Source of the DNA: an uncultured Nitrososphaerales archaeon | GTDB lineage: Archaea; Thermoproteota; Nitrososphaeria; Nitrososphaerales; Nitrososphaeraceae | Assembly: GCA_963841565.1 (NCBI GenBank) | Contig: CAWJCY010000006.1 | Coordinates: forward strand, 192,001 to 256,000 | Reading direction: 5' to 3' | DNA: 64,000 bases | Part shown: piece after piece, positions 22,115 to 32,438 of the stretch | Numbering within the stretch: position 1 is the stretch's first letter | Layout: every line of letters starts with the position of its first letter | Made by a program: the position numbers and the translations under genes | Notes under the pieces: model-generated | Told to the model about the DNA's origin: nothing | Databases searched by the model: none | Seen by the model: only the letters and a program-made list of their open reading frames with translations

Positions 22115-22300
22115 TCAAGGGGCGTCTTTTAAGACTACTACATTACCATATGTAAGTTGGACCTCATTCATGCCATAGGTAAGCTGTTCTAGAGGGTCCA
22201 AAATCCCATCGGTATTATCACATACGTAAGTCGTTAGATCTCTGTCTTCAATTTTTTCATTCTTATTGACATTTTCAAGAAAATTGTGGGCCTCTTCCAT
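22115..22300 (-). CDS. hypothetical acidic 61-aa protein
   Basis: ATG 2 nt after the tandem-box promoter; internal QLTYG duplication. Confidence 0.55.
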   Translation of the reverse strand: MEEAHNFLENVNKNEKIEDRDLTTYVCDNTDGILDPLEQLTYGMNEVQLTYGNVVVLKDAP

Positions 22301-22302
22301 TG

Positions 22303-22338
22303 TTAGACTTTCCTAATTAGGATATCCTAATATTTAAA
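22303..22338 (-). promoter_or_regulatory. TATA box TTTAAATA plus two tandem DtxR-type boxes
   Basis: Plus strand: TTAGACTTTCCTAA (22303-22316), TTAGGATATCCTAA (22317-22330, perfect palindrome), TATTTAAA. Confidence 0.82.
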
Positions 22339-22403
22339 CAGTATCATTTTTCTTCTATGACTTGACTGATGACTAATGAGAGAAATCTATTTATTTGTGA
22401 TTC

Positions 22404-22417
22404 TTAGGTTAGCCTAA
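22404..22417 (+). promoter_or_regulatory. DtxR-type box TTAGGTTAGCCTAA before ftr1
   Basis: Matches the core of the DtxR/IdeR consensus; 3 nt before ATG 22421. Confidence 0.82.
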
Positions 22418-22420
22418 TGG

Positions 22421-24832
22421 ATGAGTCTCAGTGGATGCTTAGCGAAATCGTATTTTTTGGCGTTTTTGACTCTTGCGACTTGTAATTTGATTATTTCTCC
22501 GTTGATTATTGATGATGGAACCGCACAACAATTAGCCCAAAACCAACAATCAACGGATCCACTTATAGTCTTCATCAATCTAGAAAGGATTGGAACTCAG
22601 CTTAACCTTACACAATACAGTTTGAATAGTGGTGACCTTGAATCTGCGTTTCAGCATGCCTATATACCTCATTCGGTTACCTTTCCAGTAATTAAACCCA
22701 TACTGAGCGAAGATGACCCAGCTTCTTCAAAAAGTCTCGAGGGTCTACTTACCGATCTTCCGATTAAGGTCCGTGCGTCAAACAGTCCAGAAGAGGCATA
22801 TTCCAATATTGAATCTGATGTTGCAACAATTAAAAGCCTACTGAACAAAATCGCGAACTCAACGGCTGGACTAAGCTCCCTTGAAGATAAGGGATTTGTC
22901 CTGCAGGCATCGGCTGTGCTTCTGGAAGACGCGATTCAATCATATAAAATAACTAACGCTTCATCTACTCAGGATTCCTCGAGCACATTTAATCTTCAGA
23001 ATTCGTTAGGGTTAGTAAACAGTTCACTTACAGATTTTGAAAGAGTAGCAGACTCCGTGGATGAGCGGAGACGAGAAGAAATTAGATCCTTCTATAATCA
23101 GATACAAGAAAGCATGAAAAATGATGCACCATTTGATACCGTTGCAAGTGTTGCTTCCGCAATTGAACGAGACTTTACAGAGGAACTAACTTTAAGTGGC
23201 GGCAGTGAAAGCGCATTAGAACAGGCAAAATACTTTTCTACTATTAGGGATCTACTTAACAGCACTATTACATCGGTGAATGATGGAGATTATAAAGGTG
23301 CAGATGCGACTGCAATCAAAGCATATCTAGATAACTTTGAATATCTTGAGGCACCTATCGAAAAACATGATTCTGATTTGATGTTAGACATCGAGACAGA
23401 GATGAGAGAAGAACTTCGTCAGATGATAAGGGAGGAACGTTCTCCACAAGAGATTAACGGTTTTATCACATCGATCTTAGGCAAATTGGATCAGGCTGAA
23501 GATTTGCTGAAAAACGATCCTGAATATCGTTCGAACTTGAATACAAATACAACAGCTAGCGGAGCTTCACTTGCTAATATCCAAGGATTGCGGCAAGGAT
23601 TCGGTACCTATACTGGAGAAATTCGGCAGATGGGAGAGGCAGATGATCCAGCAAAGGAATCTGTAAGAAACAACATAGACCAGATAAGATTGAAACTAAG
23701 TGAGATGCTTAGACTCTATGAGAATAAGAATTATGAAGGTTCACTTTTAGCCGCGCGATCCGCTTATTTAGATAGTTATGAGATCGTTGAAATTCCGTTA
23801 AGACCAATTGACCCTGATTTCACCCTTGAGATGGAGATTAGATTTGCTGAATTAAGAAACCTGCTTCAGCAGCAGGTACCACTACAGGAAGTCGAAGCAA
23901 AGACCATAGAAATTAGAAGAGGATTAGACGAATCAGAGAGGCTTGTGTCTGGTGTGGGAGTTGTGGCACCTGCAATTGCGTTCTCGACTTCCTTTTCAAT
24001 TATATTCAGAGAAGGTCTTGAATCAGCCTTAATAATAGGCGCCATTCTCACATATCTGCAAGCATCAAGAAATACTCGCTTCAAAAAGCATGTATACTAC
24101 GGGATTCTAATTGCAGTTGTTGCTACAGCTGCAACTTGGTTTGTGGCACAATATATAATTGAAATTTCTGGGGCGAACAGGGAACTGATAGAGGCTGTGG
24201 CTGGCCTATCGGCGGTAGCAGTTCTTTTCTGGGTGAGCTTCTGGGTACTAAACAAGATCGAAACTAAGAAATGGATCGAATTTGTTAAAGCAAAGGTCTG
24301 GAAGGCCACTACTACGGGTAGTGTAATTGTGTTTGTTGCTCTGGCATTTTTCACAGTCTATAGAGAAGGTTTTGAGACGGTCTTGTTCTACCAAGCTATG
24401 CTATCCTTCGCAAAGTACATGGAGCTGTACGTTATTGCGGGCATGTTCTTAGGACTAGCGGTGATTATTGGGGTAGCTATTTTAATCAATAGACTTGGCA
24501 GAAGATTACCCCTAAGGGTACTCTTTGCTTTAACCATGGGAATAGGAGCTTACATGTCGATAGCTTTCATGGGCAATGCGGTTAGAGAATTGCAAGAATT
24601 AGGAATAGTGTCTACTACTCCATTGGTCGGCGTAGTTCCAAGGTTGGATATTAACCTAGCAACCATGACAGGCATCCATCCCACACTAGAATCGATAATT
24701 GCTCAAGTTGTTCTCCTATCCATATACTTGATAGGCTCGCTTTATATACTAGTCCTGAAGCCCCGGAGACAGAAAGCTATCCAAAGTGCAAGAAAATCTA
24801 TGGCAGATCTACAAGAAAAGAAAGAGGGATAA
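22421..24832 (+). CDS. ftr1: FTR1/EfeU-family iron permease with a ~500-aa extracellular helical-repeat N-terminus
   Basis: IFREGLES and VYREGFET REXXE motifs in the TM domain; signal peptide; repeated AYLDx[FY]ExxExP helices. Confidence 0.93.
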   Translation: MSLSGCLAKSYFLAFLTLATCNLIISPLIIDDGTAQQLAQNQQSTDPLIVFINLERIGTQLNLTQYSLNSGDLESAFQHAYIPHSVTFPVIKPILSEDDPASSKSLEGLLTDLPIKVRASNSPEEAYSNIESDVATIKSLLNKIANSTAGLSSLEDKGFVLQASAVLLEDAIQSYKITNASSTQDSSSTFNLQNSLGLVNSSLTDFERVADSVDERRREEIRSFYNQIQESMKNDAPFDTVASVASAIERDFTEELTLSGGSESALEQAKYFSTIRDLLNSTITSVNDGDYKGADATAIKAYLDNFEYLEAPIEKHDSDLMLDIETEMREELRQMIREERSPQEINGFITSILGKLDQAEDLLKNDPEYRSNLNTNTTASGASLANIQGLRQGFGTYTGEIRQMGEADDPAKESVRNNIDQIRLKLSEMLRLYENKNYEGSLLAARSAYLDSYEIVEIPLRPIDPDFTLEMEIRFAELRNLLQQQVPLQEVEAKTIEIRRGLDESERLVSGVGVVAPAIAFSTSFSIIFREGLESALIIGAILTYLQASRNTRFKKHVYYGILIAVVATAATWFVAQYIIEISGANRELIEAVAGLSAVAVLFWVSFWVLNKIETKKWIEFVKAKVWKATTTGSVIVFVALAFFTVYREGFETVLFYQAMLSFAKYMELYVIAGMFLGLAVIIGVAILINRLGRRLPLRVLFALTMGIGAYMSIAFMGNAVRELQELGIVSTTPLVGVVPRLDINLATMTGIHPTLESIIAQVVLLSIYLIGSLYILVLKPRRQKAIQSARKSMADLQEKKEG

Positions 24833-25125
24833 ACTCGTAATAGTCAGACATCAAGGCTTCCCAACTACAGGAAGAGCGAGTCAATTCACTAAATACAACC
24901 TATGGAGATTGCGCCTCAATTTGAGTACGGCAGTAAGTTTAGTTGCTATATATGATAGGAATACCTCATGCAGGGATGCTTTAAATACCAAACCTGTAAA
25001 ATCTTAACCGACCAAAATAAATCGTTTAATACAGTCATAATAGCAAGGTATATCTAGACCTACCACTTGCATCGATCAAAAATGATAAATTTACTTCTGA
25101 TAATTGATTTCATACTACCCTGCGA

Positions 25126-25473
25126 ATGATGAGATCTAAAACTAAGGAGAAAGGAAAGCATGCCCACTCTACACACTATCGGAGATTGGTGTGGGAGAAT
25201 ATAGTGTGGCCTCTCATCATTCAAGTGAATCGTCCTTATTTTACAATTGAAGAATATCAGTATAAAAGGAATGAATTTTGTAAAATTAATAATATCCCTG
25301 TATCCAAGCTATCTGGCGGATTAGTGTCATTGATTATAAAGGATATCCTGAAAAAGGATTATGAGCACAGAACTTGGATTTACTCAATTCATTATAGGCT
25401 CATTCCCTATATGCGCAAAAGAACGAAGCTTGAATATGGTCTAGCAGTTAGGGAATCATCTGGGAAGCGATAA
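25126..25473 (+). CDS. hypothetical basic protein, possible winged helix
   Basis: 115-aa ORF; GGLVSLIIKDIL...YSIHYRL pattern. Confidence 0.65.
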   Translation: MMRSKTKEKGKHAHSTHYRRLVWENIVWPLIIQVNRPYFTIEEYQYKRNEFCKINNIPVSKLSGGLVSLIIKDILKKDYEHRTWIYSIHYRLIPYMRKRTKLEYGLAVRESSGKR

Positions 25474-25997
25474 GCGGGAGATTCGGAAAGAATCGTTATT
25501 GTGTGGTTGCAATTTAATACTATGGACATTAATAAATGCAATGGATTTTCACTTTATTGTAAGTACTTAGCTACTACTTATGAAGTTCTAATTAAATAGG
25601 ACTGTACTGTGGAATAACCGAGAGCATTATCGGATTGTTATTTCATGGCATAAATTAAGATTTATTCAAGAAATGCAATTTGTCGATGTGAAATCTTGAA
25701 TTCCCAAGTCCATCCGCTTTCACATCACAGTTTCATTAGAAAGAAACAAATTCACTTAATGCGATCTCTTTCACCTTCGATCACATGTAGATGCCCAATA
25801 AAATTCGGAGCGGTTCTTGGTTTTGGTTTTGGGGTCCTATTGGTCCCTTATCTTATTCGGTTAACAACTTTGAACATATAGAGTTATGCAAGTACTTAGG
25901 TACTTCTATGAAAATATCGAGCACGTCTTTCAGTAGAATGAGTAGTTGGTGGCCATATCTTTAACTAGGATGCACTCGTATAAAACATGACCAAGAG

Positions 25998-26153
25998 GTG
26001 TACTCCACAGCCGGAACTCCTGAATCTCGACATGGACACAAGAAGATAGTTTGTAGTATTTGTGGGAAGGACTTTGAATCGGAAGAAACATTGAATATCC
26101 ACAAAAAAATGGAACATAACGAATCGAGCCATGCACCAGCCGGTGTAGCATAG
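25998..26153 (+). CDS. 51-aa C2H2 zinc-finger microprotein
   Basis: Manual translation from GTG: VYSTAGTPESRHGHKKIVCSICGKDFESEETLNIHKKMEHNESSHAPAGVA* (C-x2-C-x3-F-x5-L-x2-H-x4-H). Below the ORF-track length cutoff. Confidence 0.8.
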   Translation: MYSTAGTPESRHGHKKIVCSICGKDFESEETLNIHKKMEHNESSHAPAGVA

Positions 26154-26680
26154 ATTCTTCTCCATTTTTATTTTTCTTGATAGGATCTTCCTCCTTTCAA
26201 ATCTGTACTTCGACACCCTACAGTGCTCATGTTGAGGGAGACAGCTCTAGGAAATTAGTAAAATTTGAAATATGGACTCATTCAAATGATCATAGTATAC
26301 ATATGAAGAGCATTATTCAAATCAAGTTCAATTTATCTAACACTGATGTTAATGCAGAAATATACAAGAGAATGTTGAATAGATGACTTGAGTAGGTTCT
26401 CTGATATTCCTTTAATTGGCATGCATATGCGTCATTTTTGAAAATTTTGCTAAATTAACAATTGGCTGCCTCGTCGCGAGCTGGAGCCCAAACATAGGGA
26501 CGAGACTGGAATATAGGAGTCATTTGCAGGGTAACTTGACAATTTCGAATTGAGATCATACAGCCCCACTTACAGCGGGTACCATATATCGAATAGTCTT
26601 CCCAAGTAGTAGGAATTTATTCATCCAATGGGCTATCTTTCATGCTTTATCACTAGATAATCCTAAGGTCTTCACCTAAT

Positions 26681-27166
26681 CTATTCTAGTTCGTCATCAG
26701 CTGACACGTATAATTTGATTTGGAGATACCTTTCAAGCTTCTTTGCTAGCAACTCGTCTGGCTTCAAAGCCCCTGTCTCTACCTTCTTAAGGAGTGAGGC
26801 CTTTTCACTCATTCTTATGCCTAGCTGTTCGTGGGTAAACCCCTTTTTCATTCGTGCCTCTCGAATCATTCTCCCAAAATCTTGTGATAGAAACGTTTCG
26901 TCGGTTAGCTGGATTCTATTATTAGGATATGCTCGCTTTTTGACTACTGGCTGGTTTTTGGCAAGAGGTTGGCGAAATCTTGATTGTATCGAAGAATTTA
27001 ACGATGGCTTACTGGTTTTAGTAATTCCTGGATCGTAGGGCTTGCCCCGTCTAGAACACTGAGAACACACTCTAAATATTGTTCCTTCAATCACTACGGT
27101 CTTAAGATTCTCGTTAATCTGTCGCCCGCACACTTCGCAAAATGATGATGACGACGATGTTGGCAA
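26681..27166 (-). CDS. mbf1: archaeal multiprotein bridging factor aMBF1
   Basis: N-terminal CEVCG...CSQC Zn ribbon plus Cro-like helix-turn-helix (IREARMKKG...KVETGALKP). Confidence 0.92.
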   Translation of the reverse strand: MPTSSSSSFCEVCGRQINENLKTVVIEGTIFRVCSQCSRRGKPYDPGITKTSKPSLNSSIQSRFRQPLAKNQPVVKKRAYPNNRIQLTDETFLSQDFGRMIREARMKKGFTHEQLGIRMSEKASLLKKVETGALKPDELLAKKLERYLQIKLYVSADDELE

Positions 27167-27193
27167 CTTTAACAGCTCCTTAGATAATCCTGT

Positions 27194-28274
27194 TTAACCT
27201 TTCTTTAAAGTTTGCTGGACTGTCATATTGAGGACGATTTCTGCGATATCGCTTGAGTATTCTGCGACTCGTCGAAGGTTTTCTGTTATTATTTTTACTC
27301 GATAAATATCATTCATGTTCCTCAAATTGCTTAAACCATTCATGATTGACTTTTCTATATAGTCTATTTCTCGCGCCTTCTCGATTGCCTTGTCAGCTGA
27401 ATTATAATCCTGTTTAAACATAGACAAACAGGCTTCATCCAGTACACCCAAAGCAAAATTGCTCATTGAGGTAATCCTTTTCACGATATCTAAATTAACC
27501 GGTCGTTTAGAATCTATTAGCTCTTTAGCTATTAGCACTGCATGATCTGCTATTCTTTCTGCAAATTTAGTTATTAATCTATAACCCAAGCAGCTTCTAG
27601 AATCTTGTAAACCAATTTCACTAAGTAGATATTCGTTCTTAATTGCAATATTTAGCTGCCTAACTATGTAAAAGCTAAATCGGTCAACTTCATCATCTGA
27701 CTTAAGTACCTCTCTCAGCTAATTCTATATTGTTCTCCTTCATTGAAAGCATGACGTCAGCGTGCATCGACTTTGCAATAAGTATCATTCTCTTGAAAGC
27801 TGCGTCAACTGATAAATCAAGCAAATTGATTAGGACTTGCAATGTCATTCCACTGGCCGAGTCTGCAATAATCTCCGTCCCCATCAAAAGCCGTCGCACT
27901 AAATCCTTGATTACTTCTCGCTGATCACTAGTTAATCTGTTGTTTTCTTTTGGAAAAATGTGAATCATGTGATATCCAAGGAAATAAAGAGAAACCAATT
28001 TTCTAGCAAGATAGTATGGATTGTTCTCCTTTAGTACCTCTATAGTAGCTTCCCTCTGCTCCTTAATTGATCTACGCGAGGCAGGAGAGATCTGCAAGAA
28101 TGAGTTTCCTTGTCTAGAAATCAAGACGTGATCTCCCTGTTTGAGTCCTAACTCTTGGATCCATCTCTTAGGTAATGATACGATAAAAGATGACCCCCCA
28201 GTATATTGTATCTTTCTGGTCTCTTCCCGTTGATCAGAAGACTGCCTATTTTCCGTCGATGCCACCGCAGACAC
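27194..28274 (-). CDS. phoU: AbrB-PhoU phosphate uptake regulator (frameshift near 27712)
   Basis: RKIQYTGGSSFIVSLPKRW AbrB domain; continues in another frame as VLKSDDEVDRF...AERIADHA and ENLRRVAEYSSDIAE. Confidence 0.9.
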
Positions 28275-28363
28275 TAGTTATGTTAACTATATATTTGTAT
28301 TTTTTCCTATATAGATCATTCAATCAAAAACATATTTATCCAAACATTCCAGTTAAAGCACTA

Positions 28364-28852
28364 TTGGATGCTATTTCTGTGGACCCTCAGGAGAAAATTC
28401 GTCATCATTTGAATGCATTATTCGGTGCATATTTTAATCTACCAAAATCAACTACCTTTAATTATTCAAGAAGGACTGGACGCATAAAGAGCTTCAGCTT
28501 CGACAATCAATTGGCTGGAACTTTAAGGACGGATGGTGGAATAGCTTTAACACTTTCAGGGGCTGAGAAATTGATGAAGGACCCGCTATTTAAAACAAAT
28601 TGTGTTATCCCGATTCAGGAGGCTGTTCCCTTCGTTAGCGAAGGTCGCTCCCTTTTCTGTAAACATGTAAAATGGTGTGGGTCTAATGTAAAAGTTGGGT
28701 CAGACGTTGTAGTTATAGATGATAACGAAAAGATTTTGGCGGTAGGACGTGCAAGAATTGCGTCGAATATGATGAAAGGGTTTGATGCCGGAGTTGCGGT
28801 AAGGGTTAGACAAGGAATAAAAAGCGGGACAAGTACAGAGGGATTTGTATGA
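28364..28852 (+). CDS. stand-alone TGT-C2/PUA domain protein
   Basis: SRRTGRIK...GTLRTDGG; FVSEGRSLFCKHV...GVAVRVR. Start set to the in-frame TTG that avoids overlap with phoU. Confidence 0.85.
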   Translation: MDAISVDPQEKIRHHLNALFGAYFNLPKSTTFNYSRRTGRIKSFSFDNQLAGTLRTDGGIALTLSGAEKLMKDPLFKTNCVIPIQEAVPFVSEGRSLFCKHVKWCGSNVKVGSDVVVIDDNEKILAVGRARIASNMMKGFDAGVAVRVRQGIKSGTSTEGFV

Positions 28853-29187
28853 TGCGAGGCGGTAACCGCGAAATGAGACGCATGTTAGATAAGATGGGGC
28901 TAGAAATGAAAGAAATGGGCGAAATTGAAGAGGTCGTTATTCGAACAGAAACTAAAGAACTTTATCTTATTAAACCGCAAGTGGTTGAAATGAAAGGAAA
29001 GGATAGCACCATTTTTCAGGTAGTCGCAACAGATATTGAAGAAAGACAAAAGGAAGTTCCGTCATTCAGAGAGGAGGATGTTGTGCTGGTAATGCAACAA
29101 GCAAGTGTCAGCAAGGATAGAGCTATTCAAGCACTAACCGATTCAAAGGGCGATCTGGCTCAAGCAATAATCAATCTAACGACGTGA
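28849..29187 (+). CDS. nac: nascent polypeptide-associated complex protein
   Basis: MRRMLDKMGL NAC domain plus C-terminal UBA domain (GDLAQAII). Confidence 0.95.
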   Translation: MMRGGNREMRRMLDKMGLEMKEMGEIEEVVIRTETKELYLIKPQVVEMKGKDSTIFQVVATDIEERQKEVPSFREEDVVLVMQQASVSKDRAIQALTDSKGDLAQAIINLTT

Positions 29188-29264
29188 CGATATCCTTAAT
29201 TATCATCAAGCGATGATTCTTTCAGCTAATAATAAGCTGGATCTCATAACTTTCTGTGTACCCT

Positions 29265-30697
29265 TTAGTATTCTAATAACTTTTTATTGATCAGGCTTAA
29301 CGCTCGTCCCGGATCAACTCTGCCCTTAGTGAGTTCCATCACCTTTCCGAGCAGATAGTTGGATACATTAGGATTTTTTTTTGCATCAAGTACTGCAAGG
29401 GACTCTGTCTCAAAGACATTTTCAATAGATCGCAATATTAGGCCCTCATCATCGATCTTTCTAAAATTCATTTCGTTTTCACTTGCAATGATTAGGTTGC
29501 CTGATACTACAGCTTCGTATAGGATTTGTTTACCAGTTTTTCTATTGACAATCCCTTCTTTTATCATTCGTGCTATTTCAGCTAATTGTTTGGGTGTCAT
29601 CTTTATGTTCCTTATTGTAGATCCAAGTTTCTTAGAATCGTCATCCGCATAGCTCATAAGATCAGTCACTATTATATTTGAGATTTCTTTGGGGGCAAAA
29701 TAGATCTTGGTCGACTCTTCAAAGTAATCTGCTAGATCTTTATGATCTATTAATACTTTGGAAACGTGCTCTGTGAGTTTATAATAATTGATGAACCGTT
29801 CTTTCCGTTCGTCTGGAAGTTCAGGCATTTTTGAGCGTAATTCCTTCAAATAATCCTCATCGATCTGAATTGATGGGATATCTGGCTCGTAGAAGTATCT
29901 GTAGTCTTGTTCCTCTTCCTTGCTCCTTGATTGCTTGGTTATTTTTCTTTGTTCATCCCAATGTCTGGTTTCACCTCTGATTTCCATTTCATAATTAAGC
30001 ATAGCTTTTTGCCTGGTCATTTCAAACTTGAGAGCCTTTTCGACGTCTCCAAAGGAAGATACGTTTTTTATTTCAACTCTTCTTGAATCGCCAATGGAAA
30101 TATTCGCGTCGCATCTAACAGCTCCTTCAAGCCTCGTATCACAAACTCCCAGGTGTTCAACTATCGATGCTAATTTATTTAGAAATAATCGAACATCTTT
30201 TGGATCATGAAAATCTGGCTCGGTCACGATCTCCACAAGGGGTATCCAGCCCTATTGTAGTCGATCAGCGAACCTGAACTACCATTCATATATGATAATC
30301 TGCCAGGGTCCTCTTCGAGTTGAACTCTCCGTATTCTAGCTTCCCCTTGTTCATATCCCAGCAACCCATCTACACCAATGCTGGAAATTCCATGGGCGTT
30401 ATATTGGGTCAGTTGGAAATTCTTAGGTAGATCCAGATAAAAATAATTTTTTCTGTAGAACAGTATACTATTTGGGATAGTACATCTTAAAGCCATGCAA
30501 ACCATTGCCGCTTTTTCTACTGCCGTCTGATTCAGCAGAGGCAAGGTGCCCGGAAGCCCGGTGCACGTCGGACAGATATTCTCATTGGGGCTGTATTCAC
30601 GATAGTCGCAATGGCAGGAACAAAATAGCTTGCTTTCTAAACCAGTTAGTTGACAATGGATTTCCAATCCAATTTTGGTACTGTATGTAGATATCAT
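29265..30697 (-). CDS. gatB: Asp/Glu-tRNA amidotransferase subunit B (frameshift near 30245)
   Basis: IGLEIHCQL, RKNYFY.DLPKNFQ and DYNRAG in ORF 30224..30697; EIVTEPD, RCDANIS and DYRYF in 29265..30236. Confidence 0.95.
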
Positions 30698-32140
30698 AAT
30701 GGAGTTCTCACCTGGATTTTGGCTGTTCTTTCGAAAAGTAAGGCTGCATCAAAAATCTTCTGTTCTTGAAATTCATCTGACATGATTTGGAGACCTATCG
30801 GGAGACCGTTGCTAAATCCAGCAGGGATCGAAATTGCAGGCATTCCTGTGAGATTGGAAACAACGGTGTCAATATCTGTGTAATAAATCTTAATGGGATC
30901 ACCTATCTTTTCACCTATTCTAAAGGGCAGTATAGGCATAGTAGGACCTATTATAACATCGTATTTGGAATACAATGACTTAAACTCTCGTCTTAACAGA
31001 GCTCTTACTTTTTGTGCCTTAAGATAATATCGTCCATAATACCCTGAAGAGAGAATATACGTACCGACGATAATTCGTCTTTTGACTTCATCGCCAAAGT
31101 TACCTCTTACTTTCGCAAAATATGAATTCCATTCGTATCCTTCCGGATCCAAATTGAATCCGTAGCGAATATTGTCATAGCGTGCGAGATTACTACTGGC
31201 TTCTGCCATAGCTATAACATAGTATGAAGCAAGAGCATATTCCAAAGAGTCTAGAGTTATTTCCTCGCAGATGCATCCTGCTGAAGAGAGTGTATCCATC
31301 GCAGAATAGATACACTTGGAAACTTCAGGCTGAGCATTGACGGTCAAATTGGTTAGTAAGGCTACTCGAAGACGATTCCTGGTTACTTCAACAGAATAGG
31401 GTGAAGCCACTGTGCGTGTGGTATCATCATTAGGATCAACTCCTGAAATTACGTTCATCAATCTGATAACATCTGAAACTGTTCGAGCAATTGGACCAAT
31501 TTGTTCCAGGCTATTTGAATAGGCTATTAAACCATATCTACTAACTGAACCATATGTGGGCTTGAATCCTATTACTGAACAAAAACTCGCAGGACATCTA
31601 ACTGAACCCCCAGTATCTGATCCTAATGACGCCGTGCACTCAGCTGCTGCCAACTGCAGCCGCACTACCACCCGATGACCCACCAGTGACATACTCTAGA
31701 TTCCACGGATTTCTTGTAGGGCCGAAATTGCTAAACTCTGTTGTTGAACCCATTGCAAACTCATCTAAATTCAATTTTCCGATAATGATTGCATCGCATT
31801 CTTTCAATTTTCGAATTACTGTCGCGTCATAGGGTGGGACATAATCTGTTAAAACCCTTGAAGCGCATGTAGTTCTTAATCCTTTAGTGCTTATGTTGTC
31901 CTTTATACCCACTGTAATACCTGCCAAATGGCCAACCTTCTCTCCCTTACGGATCTTGCTATCTATTCTCCGCGCAGATTCTATAGCGCCATCAGTATTC
32001 ACACTCACAAAGGCCTTGATATCGACATCTCGTTTTGATATACGCTCAAGAATTTGGGATACATATTCCTCTGCAGAAAAGTGTTGATTTCTTATGCCGT
32101 CGGTAACCTCATCGATCGAGAGATCATATAGTCTACTCAT
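30694..32140 (-). CDS. gatA: Asp/Glu-tRNA amidotransferase subunit A (frameshift near 31651)
   Basis: GKLNLDEFAMGS and GGSSGGSAAAV, then LGSDTGGSVRCPA in the next frame. Confidence 0.95.
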
Positions 32141-32418
32141 TGTTTCACATCACTTTTAGGGCCTTTCAGATATCCATCCTTTCTATTTCTGGTTTTAGGA
32201 AGGACGTTCTCGCCGAAATCCTTTGCTTGATCTAGACGCAAGTTGCGAACCGACTTCGTGAAGTAGGTAGGTTCCAGAATATCCAATGTTAAGCCATCTA
32301 GGATGTCAAAATGTTGGATAATTCGATCGATTTGAGATTCGTATTTTAATAGCTCTTCCTCTGAAAGGTCTAACCTTGCAAGCCAGCCTAAATGTTTAAT
32401 CTCATCCTTTGAAACCAT
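32137..32418 (-). CDS. gatC: amidotransferase subunit C
   Basis: IKHLGWLARL, LRLD and GYLKGPK; lies between aspS and gatA. Confidence 0.9.
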   Translation of the reverse strand: MVSKDEIKHLGWLARLDLSEEELLKYESQIDRIIQHFDILDGLTLDILEPTYFTKSVRNLRLDQAKDFGENVLPKTRNRKDGYLKGPKSDVKQ

Positions 32419-32438
32419 TCCGATTTAATTCTCCTCAT

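Noticed and set aside
29265-32140. Programmed frameshifting or pseudogenisation of gatA/gatB (and psmB, arfC)
   Set aside because: Essential genes with otherwise intact sequence, no slippery heptamers, and many unrelated genes affected; sequencing error is more likely.
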